A stretch of 64,000 nucleotides of DNA from Mobula hypostoma (lineage: Eukaryota), in assembly GCF_963921235.1 (NCBI RefSeq), contig NC_086108.1, positions 21,576,001-21,640,000 of the forward strand. Reading direction: 5' to 3'. Positions 1-12,874 of the stretch are shown here, piece by piece (the first letter of the stretch is position 1; each line of letters begins with the position of its first letter). The notes beneath the pieces are model-generated. The model ran no database searches. It worked only from the letters and a program-made list of their open reading frames with translations, and was not told the DNA's origin. Made by a program: the position numbers and the translations under genes.

Positions 1-2121
1 CTGTGACCGTCTCAGTTCGCATCTGCAAAAATCAATAACATCCTTCCTTCTGTGCAGCCAGAAAAACTCTCTCATGGCTTCGCCGACTGTTTCCTTCAGC
101 ACTTCAAAATGTCCACCGAGGGGTACCTTGTGGGCCAGGTTAAAAATCTCATCCCCATAACGCTTTTGCACCACCCCCCATTCCTCATCTGCGGTACTTG
201 GTCTCCCTTCCTTCCTTAGCACCTCCCCCTTCACACCATAATTCACTGGCTCCCTTCCTAATTCTGTTTCACAGAGAGCTGTTTCCTCGTCTCGCTCCTG
301 TGCCTGTATAAAGTCCTTCTTTTCTAATGATAAATCTACCTTAATTTCCCCACTTCCCCCTGTTTCATTACGCTCCTTCTTTTCACTTTCTACCCCCTCC
401 TCGTACAAGGCTGGTAGAAACATCTCAGCAGTCTCTCTGGACATACAGCGAGTCACTACGCAAACAGGATGAACCTGTGAGTCCATGGGCGGGGCCTCAA
501 TGCTGGCAGGCTGACCTGTCAATCTCACTGTCGAGAACACAATTCCCCCAGCAAGGTCATTACCGAGTACGACTTCCACGCCTTTCATTGGTAGTTCGGG
601 CCTCACCCCTATCGTGACCGGTCCACAGACCAAGTCGCTTTGTAGGTGTATCTGGTGCAAAGGCACTGCTTCAGTCCCTTGTCCAATGCCTTTGACCCTG
701 ACCTCCCCAGTCTGGGTCTCTGAACTAAACTCTAACACACTCTTCAATATCAATGACTGACACGCTCCCGTGTCTCTCCAGATCCGCACTGGAACTGGGT
801 TTAACCCCTCCTTCATCGACACCAATCCGGCCGAGATAAACCTCTCGCGCCTTTCCTGAACTTTGTTAGCCCTCTCTTCTCCTAGCAGTTTGCTTACCAA
901 CTCAATACAGCCAGTTGGGAAAGCACCTGGACGCAAAGTGTCCGGCTTTCCCACAATTATAACATACGACCCCAGGAGACTTCCTGCCAGACTGCTCCTG
1001 GTCTACCTTATCCTTCTCACTAGTCCCCGGCTTACTTCCTGACTTTTCCGGCGGACTCTCCCCGCCGTCCTGACTACCCTTCTGGTAGCCTTTACTCGGG
1101 GCAAACTTCATTTTATGCGTCAACGCGTACTCATCCGCTAACTTAGCAGTTGTGGCTAACGTGGCTGCCTCTTTCTCATCTAGGTAGGGTCTCATACCTT
1201 CAGGGACACAACCTTTAAACTGCTCAATCAGGATCAGCTGTAGCAGTCTGTCATAATCCCCATCTACCCCCTTCGAGGCGCACCAACGCTCACAATACGT
1301 CTGCATCTCACGGGCAAACTCTAAATACATGCGGTCCCACTGCTTCCTCGCATTCCGGAACCTCTGCCAGTATGCCTCCGGGACCAACTCATAAATCCTG
1401 AGGATGGCCTCTTTCACCACCTCATACCTCTGGGCATCTTCCGCGGACAAAGCCGATTAAGCTTGTTGGGCCTTTCCTTTAAGTACACTCTGAAGCAAAA
1501 CAGCCCACTTATCCTTCGGCCAGTCCTGACTTGCAGCAACTTTTTCGAAATGGAGAAAGTACCGATCCACATCGGTATCGTCAAATGGGGGAACCAGCCT
1601 AACCTCCTGGGTCGCCCTGAACCCTCCACCTTGGATCGGCATGTGCCCCTGCTCTGTCATCATCTTTAACCTCTCCAGCTTGAATTCCCTTCCCCTCTGC
1701 CTCTCTTCTCACTCCAACTGCCTCTCTCTCTCTCTTCTCGTTGCCATTCTAACTTTTTCTCTTCGTGTTCTAGCTGCTGTACCCGGAACTCGTGCTCGAG
1801 ACTCAGTTTTTCAAGCTGCACCTGTACTGCGTCTCCACCAGGTTTTCCAATAGATATCACCTCCAGCTCCCCTTGGGGAAACACACCTTTAGATATATAG
1901 TGCTCTACGATAGCTCTGTATATCCCCTCTCTCCTCATTGTCGACTTCCCCTTAACAAGATTCAACCGTTTGGCCACAGCTGCCAATTCCGCTTTCCTGG
2001 CATCCTCTAATGCCTCCAAGGTCAGCGCCTTTAGAAATTCCTCAATCTCCATTTCTGCTGTTTGCCTTTTTCTTCTTTTGGGAATTTTAACCCAATCAAT
2101 TTACCCCGTCCCAAATTTAGC

Positions 2122-2147
2122 GTTCAAAATCCTGGACGAGAACCCCA
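2122..2147 (-). promoter_or_regulatory. Primer-binding site complementary to the tRNA-Pro 3' end
   Basis: Minus strand TGGGGTTCTCGTCCAGGATTTTGAAC, 4 nt after the LTR end, resembles the canonical tRNA-Pro PBS TGGGGGCTCGTCCGGGATTTGAAC. Confidence 0.75.
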
Positions 2148-2151
2148 CTTA

Positions 2152-3047
2152 TGTTACGTACCCCGTTAACTGGGTTGCCAAACCAGCAGAAATGGACCAC
2201 TCAGTTGGAGTCTGGATTACTGGAACTAAGAAAGTTTTATTAAGGAAATAAGCAACACAGTACTCTAATAGTAAGGATATAAATGCAACGGGTTAGCAAT
2301 GAATAAACACACATGTATACAGAACTAGGATAATAGGGTCAATCAGCTCTATCGCAGTCTAGGGGTAAAATGTTCAATCACAAGTGACAGAGTTCAGTTT
2401 AGTTCAGATCGCAGTAATCGCTGTCGTGCCGTTGGAGAGGGAGAGAGAGAGAACGAATGAATATTCAAATCAGATTCCAAACAGACCTTCGATATTCCTC
2501 GCAGTCAGCTTTCGGGCGAGCCCTTTGTAATGTCTTCTGAGGTCACCGACTGTGACCCCTCCGTTTCAGATACGATCGTTCTTCAGCGGTGAACCCGGCA
2601 CCCAGGCAAGGGCGGACACACACCAGGTTCCCGCCGACCGTATCTTTCCACCCTGTGCGTCTATTGCTGGTTCCGCGACCACACCTCCAAACACTCCCAC
2701 TGACTTGTGGGGGAACACCGCTTCCAGGGTCTCATTACCTCGTGGTGTCGTGTGTCGTTTCTTAGCGAACCTGCCCCTTTTTATCCCCCTGCTGGAGTAT
2801 CGCCTGTCCATCACACTTCAAACAGTTCAGGGTTCAAAAGGAGCCAGTCTTGACAATATTCAGACCGGTGTCTCCTTCCGTTAAACTCTCTCATCTCTTC
2901 ATTAACATTTCCAAATGCTGCTCCATTGTCTTACTTACCTCTCTCTCCTGAAGACAGGTGGCAGATCAACTGTTGATCCCACTGGTGCTAGTTCAGGACA
3001 GCTAACATCTTAGTCTATGTGTACTTTTGTAACCCTCTTTCATCACA
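2152..3047 (-). repeat. 5' LTR of the Gypsy element
   Basis: On the minus strand it starts TGTGATG and ends GTAACA (TG...CA), with AATAAA near the end. It is followed by the PBS, and its 3' end is homologous to the solo LTR at 17142-17818. The 3047 boundary is less certain. Confidence 0.7.
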
Positions 3048-4034
3048 GTCCTTACAGCACAAGCTTCTTGTTATTTTCCCAAATCATCATGCAATAAGAA
3101 CAAACATCTGCAAACCATTATTCTACTTGTAGATATGCTCGATGGCTAGGGACAATAAGCCAAAACTGCACCCAAAAGGATAAATGTACAGAAACACAAA
3201 GCAAATGCAATATTTTCTCACATCAACATTTTTATCAGAAAATCTCTTAAAACAATTCAGCAAATGACTTATTCTAATTAACAATCAGTTGACAAAGCTA
3301 AGCAAATGCTAACTGTGCCCAAAAAAATGTTCATGCTTGCAATTCTGTCACTGGTTAAACAAACAATGCTACACCAACTTTACTTTAGTCATTGGAATTT
3401 CTAACCTTTCTTTCAATGATTTAAAGCTGAGAAAACAAATGCTAAGTACATATGACTAAGATGTGGCCAGAGGTTGGGATGGGCCATTTGATAATGATCA
3501 CTTCCCAAGGCCGAGCCAGTTTAATTACAATGGAAAATTGTGTCATGCATATAAACTAACATGTTTTATTTGTTGAATTAAATCCTCCAATGTTATTTAC
3601 CATATTTTCAACAAAATTGCAATGCCTTCAAAGCTCCATGTTGGACCAGGGATGGCTGGAACAATACTTTAAAAAATAACAAACGACGAAAAATTATTGC
3701 GGTAATAAATAATGTACTGAGACCAAGAGATATGGATGTAGCAAAAGATAAACGATTGCAATGGATTTCAGCATACTAAAACTTCAGAGTTGATTGTTGT
3801 GCTGACTGCATTGATTCACAAGAGTTCCTCAGAAAGCACCATCTTGTTGAACCACTGAAGCGTTGGCTAAAATTAACTGACCAACTTGCTCAAAGACACT
3901 TTAGAGTAGTGTCAAAAGTCAAACATTTCAAATAGGTCATATGTTGACTAAGTTATACGAGTACTTACAAACATGCTTTTCAAAACCTCAAACTTCTGGT
4001 CCTGATTGTGATACCAATTTTTTTTTCTTCCAAC

Positions 4035-4520
4035 CACAAACAAGGGAAAATCTGCGGATGCAAGAAATCCAGACAACACGCACAAAATGCTGGAGGTGCA
4101 ACACCCTGTATCCCGTCTGGGTCGCCTCCAACCCGATGGCATGAACATTGGTTTCTCGAATTTCCGGTAACGGACCCCTCCCTTCTCCATTCCCTTTTAC
4201 CTCTTGCACCTTACATCTCTGCCTGCCCACCGCCTCCCTCTGGTGCTCCTCCCCCTTTTCTTTCTTCCATGGCCTTCCGTCCTCTCCTATTACATTCCCC
4301 CTTCTCCAGTCCTACCTCTTTCACCTTCCCAGCTCTTTACTTCACCCTTCTCCCCCTCTTGGTTTCACCTATTACCTTGTATTTCTTCCAACCTTCTAAC
4401 TCTGACTCCTTATCTTTTTCCCTCCAGTCCTGATAAAGAGTCTCAACCCAAAACGTCGACTATACACTTTTCCATAGATGCTGCCTGGCCTGTTGAGCTC
4501 CTCCAGCATTTTGTGTGTGT
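4035..4520 (+). mobile_element. Penelope-like element 3' fragment with inverted 5' piece
   Basis: GIY-YIG C-terminal remnant, pyrimidine-rich UTR, degenerate hammerhead (4425-4461) and tail. 4035-4097 is the tail in inverted orientation. Confidence 0.75.
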
Positions 4521-4554
4521 GTTGCTTTTTTTTTACCCTTCCACATCATTTTAA

Positions 4555-5740
4555 ACTATTTATAACCTCTCCTCAAAGTCTAATCCTCTCATCTCTGGAA
4601 TCAACCTGGTGAACCTCCTCTACACCACCTCCAAAGACAGTATATCCTTCCTCAAGTAAGAAGACCAAAACTGCACACAGTACTCCAGGTGTGGCCTTAC
4701 CAGTACCCTGTACAGTTGCAACATAACCTCCCTGCTCTTAAATTCAATCCCTCTAGCAATGAAAGCCAACATTCCATTTGCCTTCTTGATAGCCTGCTGC
4801 ACCTGCAAACCAATCTTTTGTGATTCATGCTAAGTCCCTCTGCACAGCAGCATGCTGATAATTTTTTACCATTTCGATAGTCTACTCTTTCATTTTTCCT
4901 TCCAACGTGGATGAGCTTGTACTTACCAATACTGTACTCCATCTGCTAGACCCTTGGCCACTCACTTAACCTATCTATATCTTTATGCAGATCTCCATAG
5001 CTTCTGCACAATTTGCTTTTCCACTCAATTTAGTGTCATCAGCAAACTTAGATACACTACACTCGGTCCCCTCTTCCAGATTATTAATGTATATTGTGAA
5101 CATTTGCAGGCCCAGCACCAACCCCAGCAGCACACTGCTTACTACTGATTGCCAACCAGAAAAACACCCATGTATTCCAACTCTCTGCTTTCTGTTAGCT
5201 AACCAATCCTCTATCCATGCTAACCCACCACCCCCAACCCTATTCATCCTTATCTTATGGATGTCTTTTATGTAGCACCTTATCGAATGCCTTCTGGAAA
5301 TCCTAGTAAGTGACATCCATCTGTTCCCCTTTATCCACTGCACTTGTTAAATCCTCAAAGAACTCCAGCAAGTTTGTCAAACAGGACCTGCCTTTGCTGA
5401 CTCCATGCTGCATCAGTCTGATGGATCCATTTCTTCCAAATGGCTTGCTATTTCTTCTTTAATGACAGCTTCAATCATTTTCCCAACTACAGATGTTAAA
5501 CTAACTGGTCTATAGTTACCTGTCTTTTGCCTACATCCTTTTTCAAACAGTGGCATGACATTCACCATCTTCCAATCCGCTGGGACTGCCTAGAGTCCAG
5601 AGAATTTTGGTAAATCATCACCAAAGCTTCTACTATAACTTCTGCCATTTCTTTCAGTACCCTGGGATGCATTCCATTAGGAGCAGGGGTCTTGTCTATC
5701 TTTAATCCCAAGTTAGCTCACCACTACCCCTTTAGTGATA
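4555..5740 (-). mobile_element. CR1 LINE ORF2 fragment (RT)
   Basis: Broken ORFs with SKFADDTKL and LVRPHLEYCVQFWS motifs. Confidence 0.9.
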
Positions 5741-8007
5741 CTGTTCTTTCTTGAAATTAATCTTTCTTTCCATTTCATAAATTTTAAAACCTCATGAAGG
5801 CAAACATAATAAATTTCTGTTAAATAACTGGCTTATCCCAAAATGGGATTTAATTTTTCTAAAGATAGGTTCAGTAGATTTAATTTAAATAAAGGTTGTA
5901 AATTGATTTTAATTAATGCTATTTACAACATGAAAATTTATTGACAATGTTGAATAGTAAAGTTACTGAGAACCTTAAGCCAAAGAAATATGAATAAAAT
6001 ATAGCCTCAGACATAATTTTATACAAGATTTTGAAAAAACATTTTATTTTTAAAGTGACATGATCAGGCTCAAATACAGGCCTAGCATGTGGAACCTGTG
6101 CTTGTTTGTTGCTGCATAAATACTCAATTCTGGGTCAAACTTCAGATAAGCACACACAGATTTCACCTTCAACTGAAATGAGATGATTTCTATCCTAGCT
6201 CTTGATGCTTATTAAACAAGAAAAAGCTTGTTCACACATGTACTATATTGAAAACTGCAGCAAAATGTCCTTTGCCTTTCTATGAATGGCAGGATACTCT
6301 TCTTTCACAGAAATCCAGAACTTGCCCAGGGGCAGGGTCAGCAAGTCTCATCTTGAGTCCACAATCAGACTGCACCTCAAAGTTCTTCCTCTTCTCTCAA
6401 AGAGAAATTCTCAGGCTGAGCAGAAGATTCAGAGAAAGGATCCCTCACCCAGTCATATACTTGTGTGGAAAGGGAGAAAAAATATTGTTCAATTTTTTTC
6501 TGCAGTTCTTCCAGGTGGTTTTCAATAAGTCTTGAGACCTTCTAATATCATTCCTCACTCTCAAGCCCAATCAACAGTGCAAACATTTCAAGATTTCCTT
6601 TTGCAACATGATTTTTCCAAAGATTATGTTTCCTTTTAAATCCAAGAACCTTGTCACTTGAAGTCAACACATTTTCTCCAGGGCCTTGCAGAGGCTTGTT
6701 CTACTGGATCATATGGTAAAAAATGTCTGGTAAGTAGGCTAGTTTCTGCACCCACTCTTCAACTTCAAAACACTCAGCAAAATCTGGCCTACTATTTTCT
6801 TGAAAGTACTCCTGCAATTCATCTTTCAGCTCAAACATTCTGCCCATTCAATGCTCAGAAAACGCACTTCGTGCTCCTCCTCAGCCTAACATCCTCCCCT
6901 CCGTGCAATACAGTGTTCACTAATTATCAATGGCCTCCCCTATCTCGCGTCAAAAGCTGAGAATGGACTCAACCAAATAAACACGGTCTTACTGCACACG
7001 GCCATACTGGGTTGAGAGACCTCTAATGAAATTGCTAACGGGGCTGCTTGGTCACTGCCCACCAGTGGAAGCTCTAGCACTGCACATCCCGTGAAGTTTA
7101 AAAGTTTTTTTTAAAATCATGATCTCTCGCAGAACCCCAGTTGAGAAACCCTGATTTGGAGTGTTTTGCAAAGGTTGTATTGGTGACAACTCTCCAGAGG
7201 TTTGAGCTGTCTGCTGTAATTTGTCCACATTTCTGAACATAAAGTAAGCAGCAACCTTGATGTGGTTAAAGGTTTTGATCTTCAAAAACACTCTGTTCTG
7301 CTGATGTCCGAGATTGCTGCCTTACGCTCAACAAGCAAACTACTGCCAGATTCACTGTGCTTGATGTTATGCAAGGCATTTTAATTCAGAATTGGAAAGA
7401 ATGGCAGCATGTAAATTATGAAAAGGTTCATTCTTGACACATCTTATTAAGAATGCATATTATGTACAAGAAGGCTTTAACAGACACTCAAAACTCAGAT
7501 CATTCTTTCTCTGTCCACATCTGTTACTACCTCTTATGTCACTTCAGTTCCACACACAGTGCTGTCACATCCTTTGCTTCTATATCACTGATTTCTGAAA
7601 GAATGTTGAACTTATTTAAAGGGACACATTGAAAATCTACCATTACCACAGTTAGACAAAATACACGGAGGAAATCCAGGCCAATACATGCTATAAAAGT
7701 AGAGAAGAAGCAGCAGAACTAAACGTGCACATTTTGAGTTGTTTATTAACAACTTTCTTTGTAATTCTAGCCTTTCAAATTAAGGGTGGGGGAAGCGAAG
7801 TTTCAAAGAAGAACATTTTTCTCTTTTAAATAATAAAAGCTCTCATGAATGAAATGGATGCAACCATAAAGGCAGACCAAAACCAGATACGGATTTTATG
7901 TTAATAACAATCAGTCAAGTGCCTGATAAATAAACTTGCCAAGATCATATAATGATTAACCTGACTATCTCTGCATTATTCATTACAGATCTCTACATTG
8001 TGGAACT

Positions 8008-8320
8008 CAAACACAAGGAAATCTGCAGATGCTGGAACTTCAAGCAACACACAAAAGATGCTGGTGAACGCAGCAGGCCAGGCAGCATCTCTAGGAAGAG
8101 GTACAGTCGACGTTTCAGGCCGAGACCCTTCGTCAGGACTAACTGAAAGAAGAGCTAGTAAGAGATTTGAAAGTGGGAGGGGGAGGGGGAGATCCGAAAT
8201 GACAGGAGAAGACAGGAGGTGGAGAGATGGAGCCAAGAGCTGCACAGTTGATTGGCAAAAGGGATATGAGAGGATCATGGGACAGGAGGCCTAGGGAGAA
8301 AGAAAAGGGGGAGGGGGGGA
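8008..8320 (-). mobile_element. Penelope-like 3' end fragment with intact hammerhead motif
   Basis: Homologous to the pLTR of the 56886-61147 element. Confidence 0.85.
8105..8140 (-). ncRNA. Minimal type-I hammerhead ribozyme motif
   Basis: Minus strand AGTC-CTGACGA-AGG gtctcgg CCT-GAAAC-GTC-GACT: conserved core CUGANGA and GAAA, stem I AGTC/GACT, stem II AGG/CCT, GUC cleavage triplet, and a palindromic ACGT in place of stem III. Confidence 0.75.
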
Positions 8321-8326
8321 AACTCA

Positions 8327-8815
8327 TAGTCCTGTGAGAGGATTCAGTGGCTGAAACATATGAGCACAAGAGGCTATGCTGTGCAGATCTAGGAGCTGAA
8401 GCTCAACGAAAGGGCTGGAAAACCAAAGTATGTCCTGTGAAAGTGGGTTGTAGGGGAAGTATAGCCACATCCACCATCAAATTGCTGAAGGAGCTAGGAT
8501 CCATGGTTAGACTGTAAAGTGGCAGCAGAAAGAAGCAGTCACTGGCTTTGGATCAAGTGAAAATACTTCTCCTGAGCTCCAAGATAACATCAAGAGAGTG
8601 GGAAGACACAATGGGGGGGGGGGAGGGGGGTTGACTCTGGGACACCAGAAGTCATCTTCCGGAGATGTAGTGGGCTAATCGATGAAACATCAAGGAAGGA
8701 GAATGCCCATTTGAAAATCCCTGCATGTCAACCCTGTGCTACTCCCAACATCAAGACAATCTTGATCAAGTACTCATAACCCATTGGCACGAGGGATATT
8801 AAAATCTTATCCTGT
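8327..8815 (+). mobile_element. R2-Hero-like non-LTR retrotransposon 3' fragment (restriction-like endonuclease)
   Basis: Translates V.*EDSVAETYEHKRLCCADLGAEAQRKGWKTKVCPVKVGCRGSIATSTIKLLKELG, resembling the RLE motif ELTVPWE...ERK..Y..L...GW...PVEVGCRG. Confidence 0.65.
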
Positions 8816-9029
8816 GTTTTTTGAGTTTTTTTTAAATCATAGAATCTGATTGTTCAGTTGCCACCATATGAACATAGAACAAGCATTAAGAATGAATATT
8901 TTGACGTTTGCAATCATATAATATACTATACTTGAATTAATCTCATTCCTGTATCAGCTTCACTGTCGACACTAATTAATTTTTGTTAAGAGCTGTCCCA
9001 AATAAGAAGCTGCCTCAATTAACCAAAGG

Positions 9030-9760
9030 CTCCAATAACTGAAATCCACTGTATGTTGAAGAGAGGAGAGGTGAATACGAGGCTGCAATGGCAGAACCAG
9101 TCTGGGGATGGGGTGGGGTGGGGGGAGAGGGAAAAGAGTGGGATGATAGGCAGATAAAAGTGGGTGGAGAGACAGGGAGAGGGAGTGTTGAGACAAAGAC
9201 TGGCGGATGATAGTTGGAAAACTGAGAGGAAAAGAGAAAGACAGGTGGGCCAGTGGAAGAGGGCATGAGAAAAGTGAACCAAGGAAGAAGAAACTAAGGT
9301 AGATCTGTACATGGAGGATGGAAACAGGTGAGGAAGGCTGAAGGATGCTCGAAATGAAGGGGAGGAAGGAATGGAAGGGGAAAAATGAACAAAGAAAGAG
9401 ACCCTGAATGCACTGTTGAGAGAAAGGAGTATCAGGGAATGAATTGGAAAATTTAATGTTCATACCACTAATGGGTTTAGGCTACCTAAGAAGAATCTGC
9501 AATACTGTTCTTCTAGTTTGTGTTCGACCTCACTATGGCAGTGGAGAAGGCCGAGGACAGACATGTCATTGTTTAAGTGGGAAGGGCAGCTAAAATGACA
9601 TACTAATGAACCAATAAAATGGCTATTGTAGGGAAAGTGCAGGTGCTCTGCAGAATAGTTTCCTCATCTACTCTTGTGTTTCACCAGTGTACAGGACCAA
9701 CACACAAGTGCTGATTGCAATAGACAAGGTTGGAGGAAGTGCACATGAATCCCTGGCTGT
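9030..9760 (-). mobile_element. Older, diverged Penelope-like fragment (GIY-YIG region and purine-rich UTR)
   Basis: 9450-9750 aligns by eye to the GIY-YIG coding end (gttcataccactaatgggtttaggctacc..., gacagacatgtc). Confidence 0.55.
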
Positions 9761-10155
9761 ACTCTGATGGATTTAAAAGTCCTCCACTGTTTCTATCCTG
9801 GATAAAATATAGCTGCCTTCTTCTTATCACATCTAGATAACATCCCTTCACTTCTTTCTATGTTTCCATTTGTCCTTCCTCTCCATTTCATTCCCTTCTC
9901 TTCAAAACACCTTGAGGTGTTTGGATGTGAAAAAACATACACAATTGAAATTCTTTACAGCATAAGACTTTACTGAGAGCAAGAATATATTATTACTTTA
10001 AATATGTAAGTTTAAGGAAAGCCTTTTGTTGGTAATATAATAAAGATAATAACTTTAGTAATGGGTCATAGGAAGTGAAAGGGAAGCAAAATGTTTCATA
10101 ACTTCACCTGCTCAAGCTAAAATACCATCAGGTCAGTGGGGTATGAGCAAATTAC

Positions 10156-10290
10156 CTGTAACTGCTGCCTTCAGTAAGTGTTTCCTGATCAACTCCAGCA
10201 TCATTTTCATCAGAAAATCCCAATAGATGTCTGTTGTGGATGGCAGATCTGACGGTAGTCTGCAGAGCACCGGAGTCTCTCTCCCATATG
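10156..10290 (-). CDS. ATF6: ATF6 luminal exon with site-1 protease motif RHLL (equivalent to human exon 10)
   Basis: 135 nt, phase 2-2: (S)IWERDSGALQTTVRSAIHNRHLLGFSDENDAGVDQETLTEGSSY(R). RHLLGFS is the ATF6 S1P site. Acceptor cttttatttag, donor AG|gtaatt. Confidence 0.93.
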
Positions 10291-11199
10291 CTAAATAAAA
10301 GCAGAGAAATAGTTACTTTTGCATCAAATTGATAAATATTATAGTTTAAGAATAGTGTTCTGCAAATTGTTTTCAATTAATTTGGACTGAAAAATATGAG
10401 AAATGATTAAATCACTTTCCAATATCTTTTATTATCAAAACCAAACATTTCTTGGGTATAGCTGATGTCTTAATACTCACAAAATGTCTAAAATGGATGC
10501 CTAATCCTCAATGTCAGACCTCTATGACAAACTCACAACTGCCATTTTGCAGACTTGCCTGGTTGTAATTGTCCAATATTAATTTAGTGTTTGGTCTAAA
10601 TCAGGGGTGGTGAACCTATGCAATGCATGCGCAAGATGGCACATTGCAAGCAATGCCACCCCTATATTCCTTACCAATCGTCCATAATAAAAGATACACA
10701 ATTATTACCTTTACTGCTAAATGAAGTAGAAAATGATATTTTATAATCCAAGCGCAGAGTAATGTTTTAACAGGAAATGTCTCACACCAGCTTGGCACCA
10801 CCTGGATGATTGCAAGAAAATGTGCCACTGGATTATACATTTTGAAATCCTCTCAGGTGCCTGGTGTACACATCAGCATTTGGATAGCAAATGGTTGCAA
10901 GAAGAATATTATTTAGAAATGAAGTTATTTTTCATTTGTCTTTTTAAAGATTAATATAATTTTTGGACAGATTTTCTAAAATGCTATATTCTTTTGATCT
11001 GTCTTTACCAATATTAATATTAATTTTATATTATATATAATAATATTATTGATTATGTTAATATTAATTTATTAATAGTAACAATGAATACATCTAAATA
11101 AGCAACAGGGCTAATTCTTTTTCCTTAAAAAAAGTCCATAATTATTGTTAATAATTAATAAATAATAACCCTATGCTCAAAAATATCATAGCACACAAG

Positions 11200-11313
11200 A
11201 GAATTTTCATAACAGTGAAACCACCTTCTGTCAGCGAAAACAGGTAACTAATGTAGGTCTTTCATAACAGCGAAGTGTCGTAAAGCAAACGTTCAGAAAA
11301 CAGGGGCCACCTG
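11200..11313 (-). mobile_element. Tigger/pogo-family terminal fragment
   Basis: The reverse complement matches the left end of the elements at 44561 and 52212 (caggtg...gaacgtt.gctttacga..cctacattagttacctg). It ends at a TA. Confidence 0.7.
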
Positions 11314-11564
11314 TACATACCTCACATCATTTGGCATTCTGGGAGATCAGCCAGGATAGAACCAGTGAATGGTAAGAGCCATGGGGCTCTTATGGAACAA
11401 AGACTTCGGAGGGCATACTTAGAGTTTGCCGAAAGCAGTGTTGCAGGTAGATGGGGTGGTGAAAAGGCATTTGTCATGCTTCAGTCAGTGCATTTAAGTA
11501 TAGAGTTGGAAAGTTACATTGTCATTATTTTAGACATTGGTGAAGCCACACCTGTCGTATTAGA

Positions 11565-12400
11565 AACATAGAAACATAGAAAATAGGTGCAGGAGTAGGC
11601 CATTCGGCCCTTCGAGCCTGCACCGCCATTTATTATGATCATGGCTGATCATCCAACTCAGAACCCCGCCCCAGCATTCCCTCCATACCCCCTGACCCCC
11701 GTAGCCACAAGGGCCATATCTAACTCCCTCTTAAATATAGCCAATGAACTGGCCTCAACAGTTTGCTGTGGCAGAGAATTCCACAGATTCACCACTCTCT
11801 GTGTGAAGAAGTTTTTCCTAATCTCGGTCCTAAAAGGCTTCCCCTCTATCCTCAAACTGTGACCCCTTGTTCTGGACTTCCCCAACATCGGGAACAATCT
11901 TCCTGCATCTAGCCTGTCCAATCCCTTTAGGATCTTATACGTTTCAATCAGATCCCCCCTCAATCTTCTAAATTCCAACGAGTACAAGCCCAGTTCATCC
12001 AGTCTTTCTTCATATGAAAGTCCTGCCATCCCAGGAATCAATCTGGTGAACCTTCTTTGTACTCCCTCTATGGCAAAGATGTCTTTCCTCAGATTAGGGG
12101 ACCAAAACTGCACACAATACTCCAGGTGTGGTCTCACCAAGGCCTTGTACAACTGCAGTAGTACCTCCCTGCTCCTGTACTCGAATCCTCTCGCTATAAA
12201 TGCCAGCATACCATTCGCCTTTTTCACCGCCTGCTGTACCTGCATGCCCACTTTCAATGACTGGTGTATAATGACACCCAGGTCTTGTTGCACCTCCCCT
12301 TTTCCTAATCGGCCACCATTCAGATAATAATCTGTTTTCCTATTTTTGCCACCAAAGTGGATAACTTCACATTTATCCACATTAAATTGCATCTGCCATG
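11565..12400 (-). mobile_element. Young CR1 LINE 3' end
   Basis: Open 244-aa ORF2 C-terminus (LVRPHLEYCVQFWSP...RTRGHSL) and a (TTCTATGT)n tail. Same family as 41236-42810. Confidence 0.93.
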
Positions 12401-12443
12401 AATTCAGTCACTCTGTTATTAAACCAAAAAGAATACAGAAAAG

Positions 12444-12519
12444 CAAACACGAGGAATTCTGCAGATGCTGGAAATTCAAGCAACACACATCAAAGTTGCT
12501 GGTGAACGCAGCAACTTTG
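12444..12519 (-). mobile_element. Very short Penelope tail insertion with 15-bp TSD
   Basis: Tail sequence flanked by aagaatacagaaaag at 12429-12443 and 12520-12534. Confidence 0.8.
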
Positions 12520-12874
12520 AAGAATACAGAAAAGAATTACTGGGATTTACCTGGACTTGGGGACCTGGGTTACAAGGAGAGGTTGCATATACTAGGGAGT
12601 TATTGACTGGAATGCAAGGAATTGAGGGGTGAACCGAGAGAGGTATATAAGATCGTAAGAGGCACAGACAGGGTGAAAGCACATAGTCCATTTCCCAGGA
12701 AGGAAGTGCTAAAAACAAGAAGACATTGGTTTATGATCAGAGGTGAGAAAAAGGGCATTGAGGCAGCTTCTTCACACAAAGGGTGGTGCACATTTGGAAT
12801 AAGCTAAGAGAAATTATATTTGAGGCTAGTACATTAACAGCATTTGAAAGCAATCTAGATAAATACATGGACAG

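Larger units (their letters stand above)
1..3047 (-). mobile_element. Gypsy LTR retrotransposon, Gmr1-like (5' LTR, PBS, SCAN-like gag, protease, start of integrase), degenerate and cut off by the window edge
   Basis: Broken gag ORFs at 902-2052 include a SCAN-like segment (YELVPEAYWQRFR...LILIEQF) and a zinc knuckle CYNCGKAGHFASRC. Protease motif IWRDTGACQSLI lies at about 750-790 and LGNDL at about 555-570. The integrase zinc-binding H..H segment (LAHKVPLGGHF) lies at about 105-140, directly after the protease, which is the Gmr1 domain order. Confidence 0.85.

Noticed and set aside
3050..10150. Search for the next ATF6 exon (KALMV...PCQPLIN.TESLR-like)
   Set aside because: No convincing match was seen; it probably lies beyond the window start.
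10602..10900. hAT-like terminus caggggtggtgaacc
   Set aside because: No partner TIR or 8-bp TSD was found.
10990..11170. Extremely AT-rich stretch
   Set aside because: Low complexity, with no clear periodicity or boundaries.
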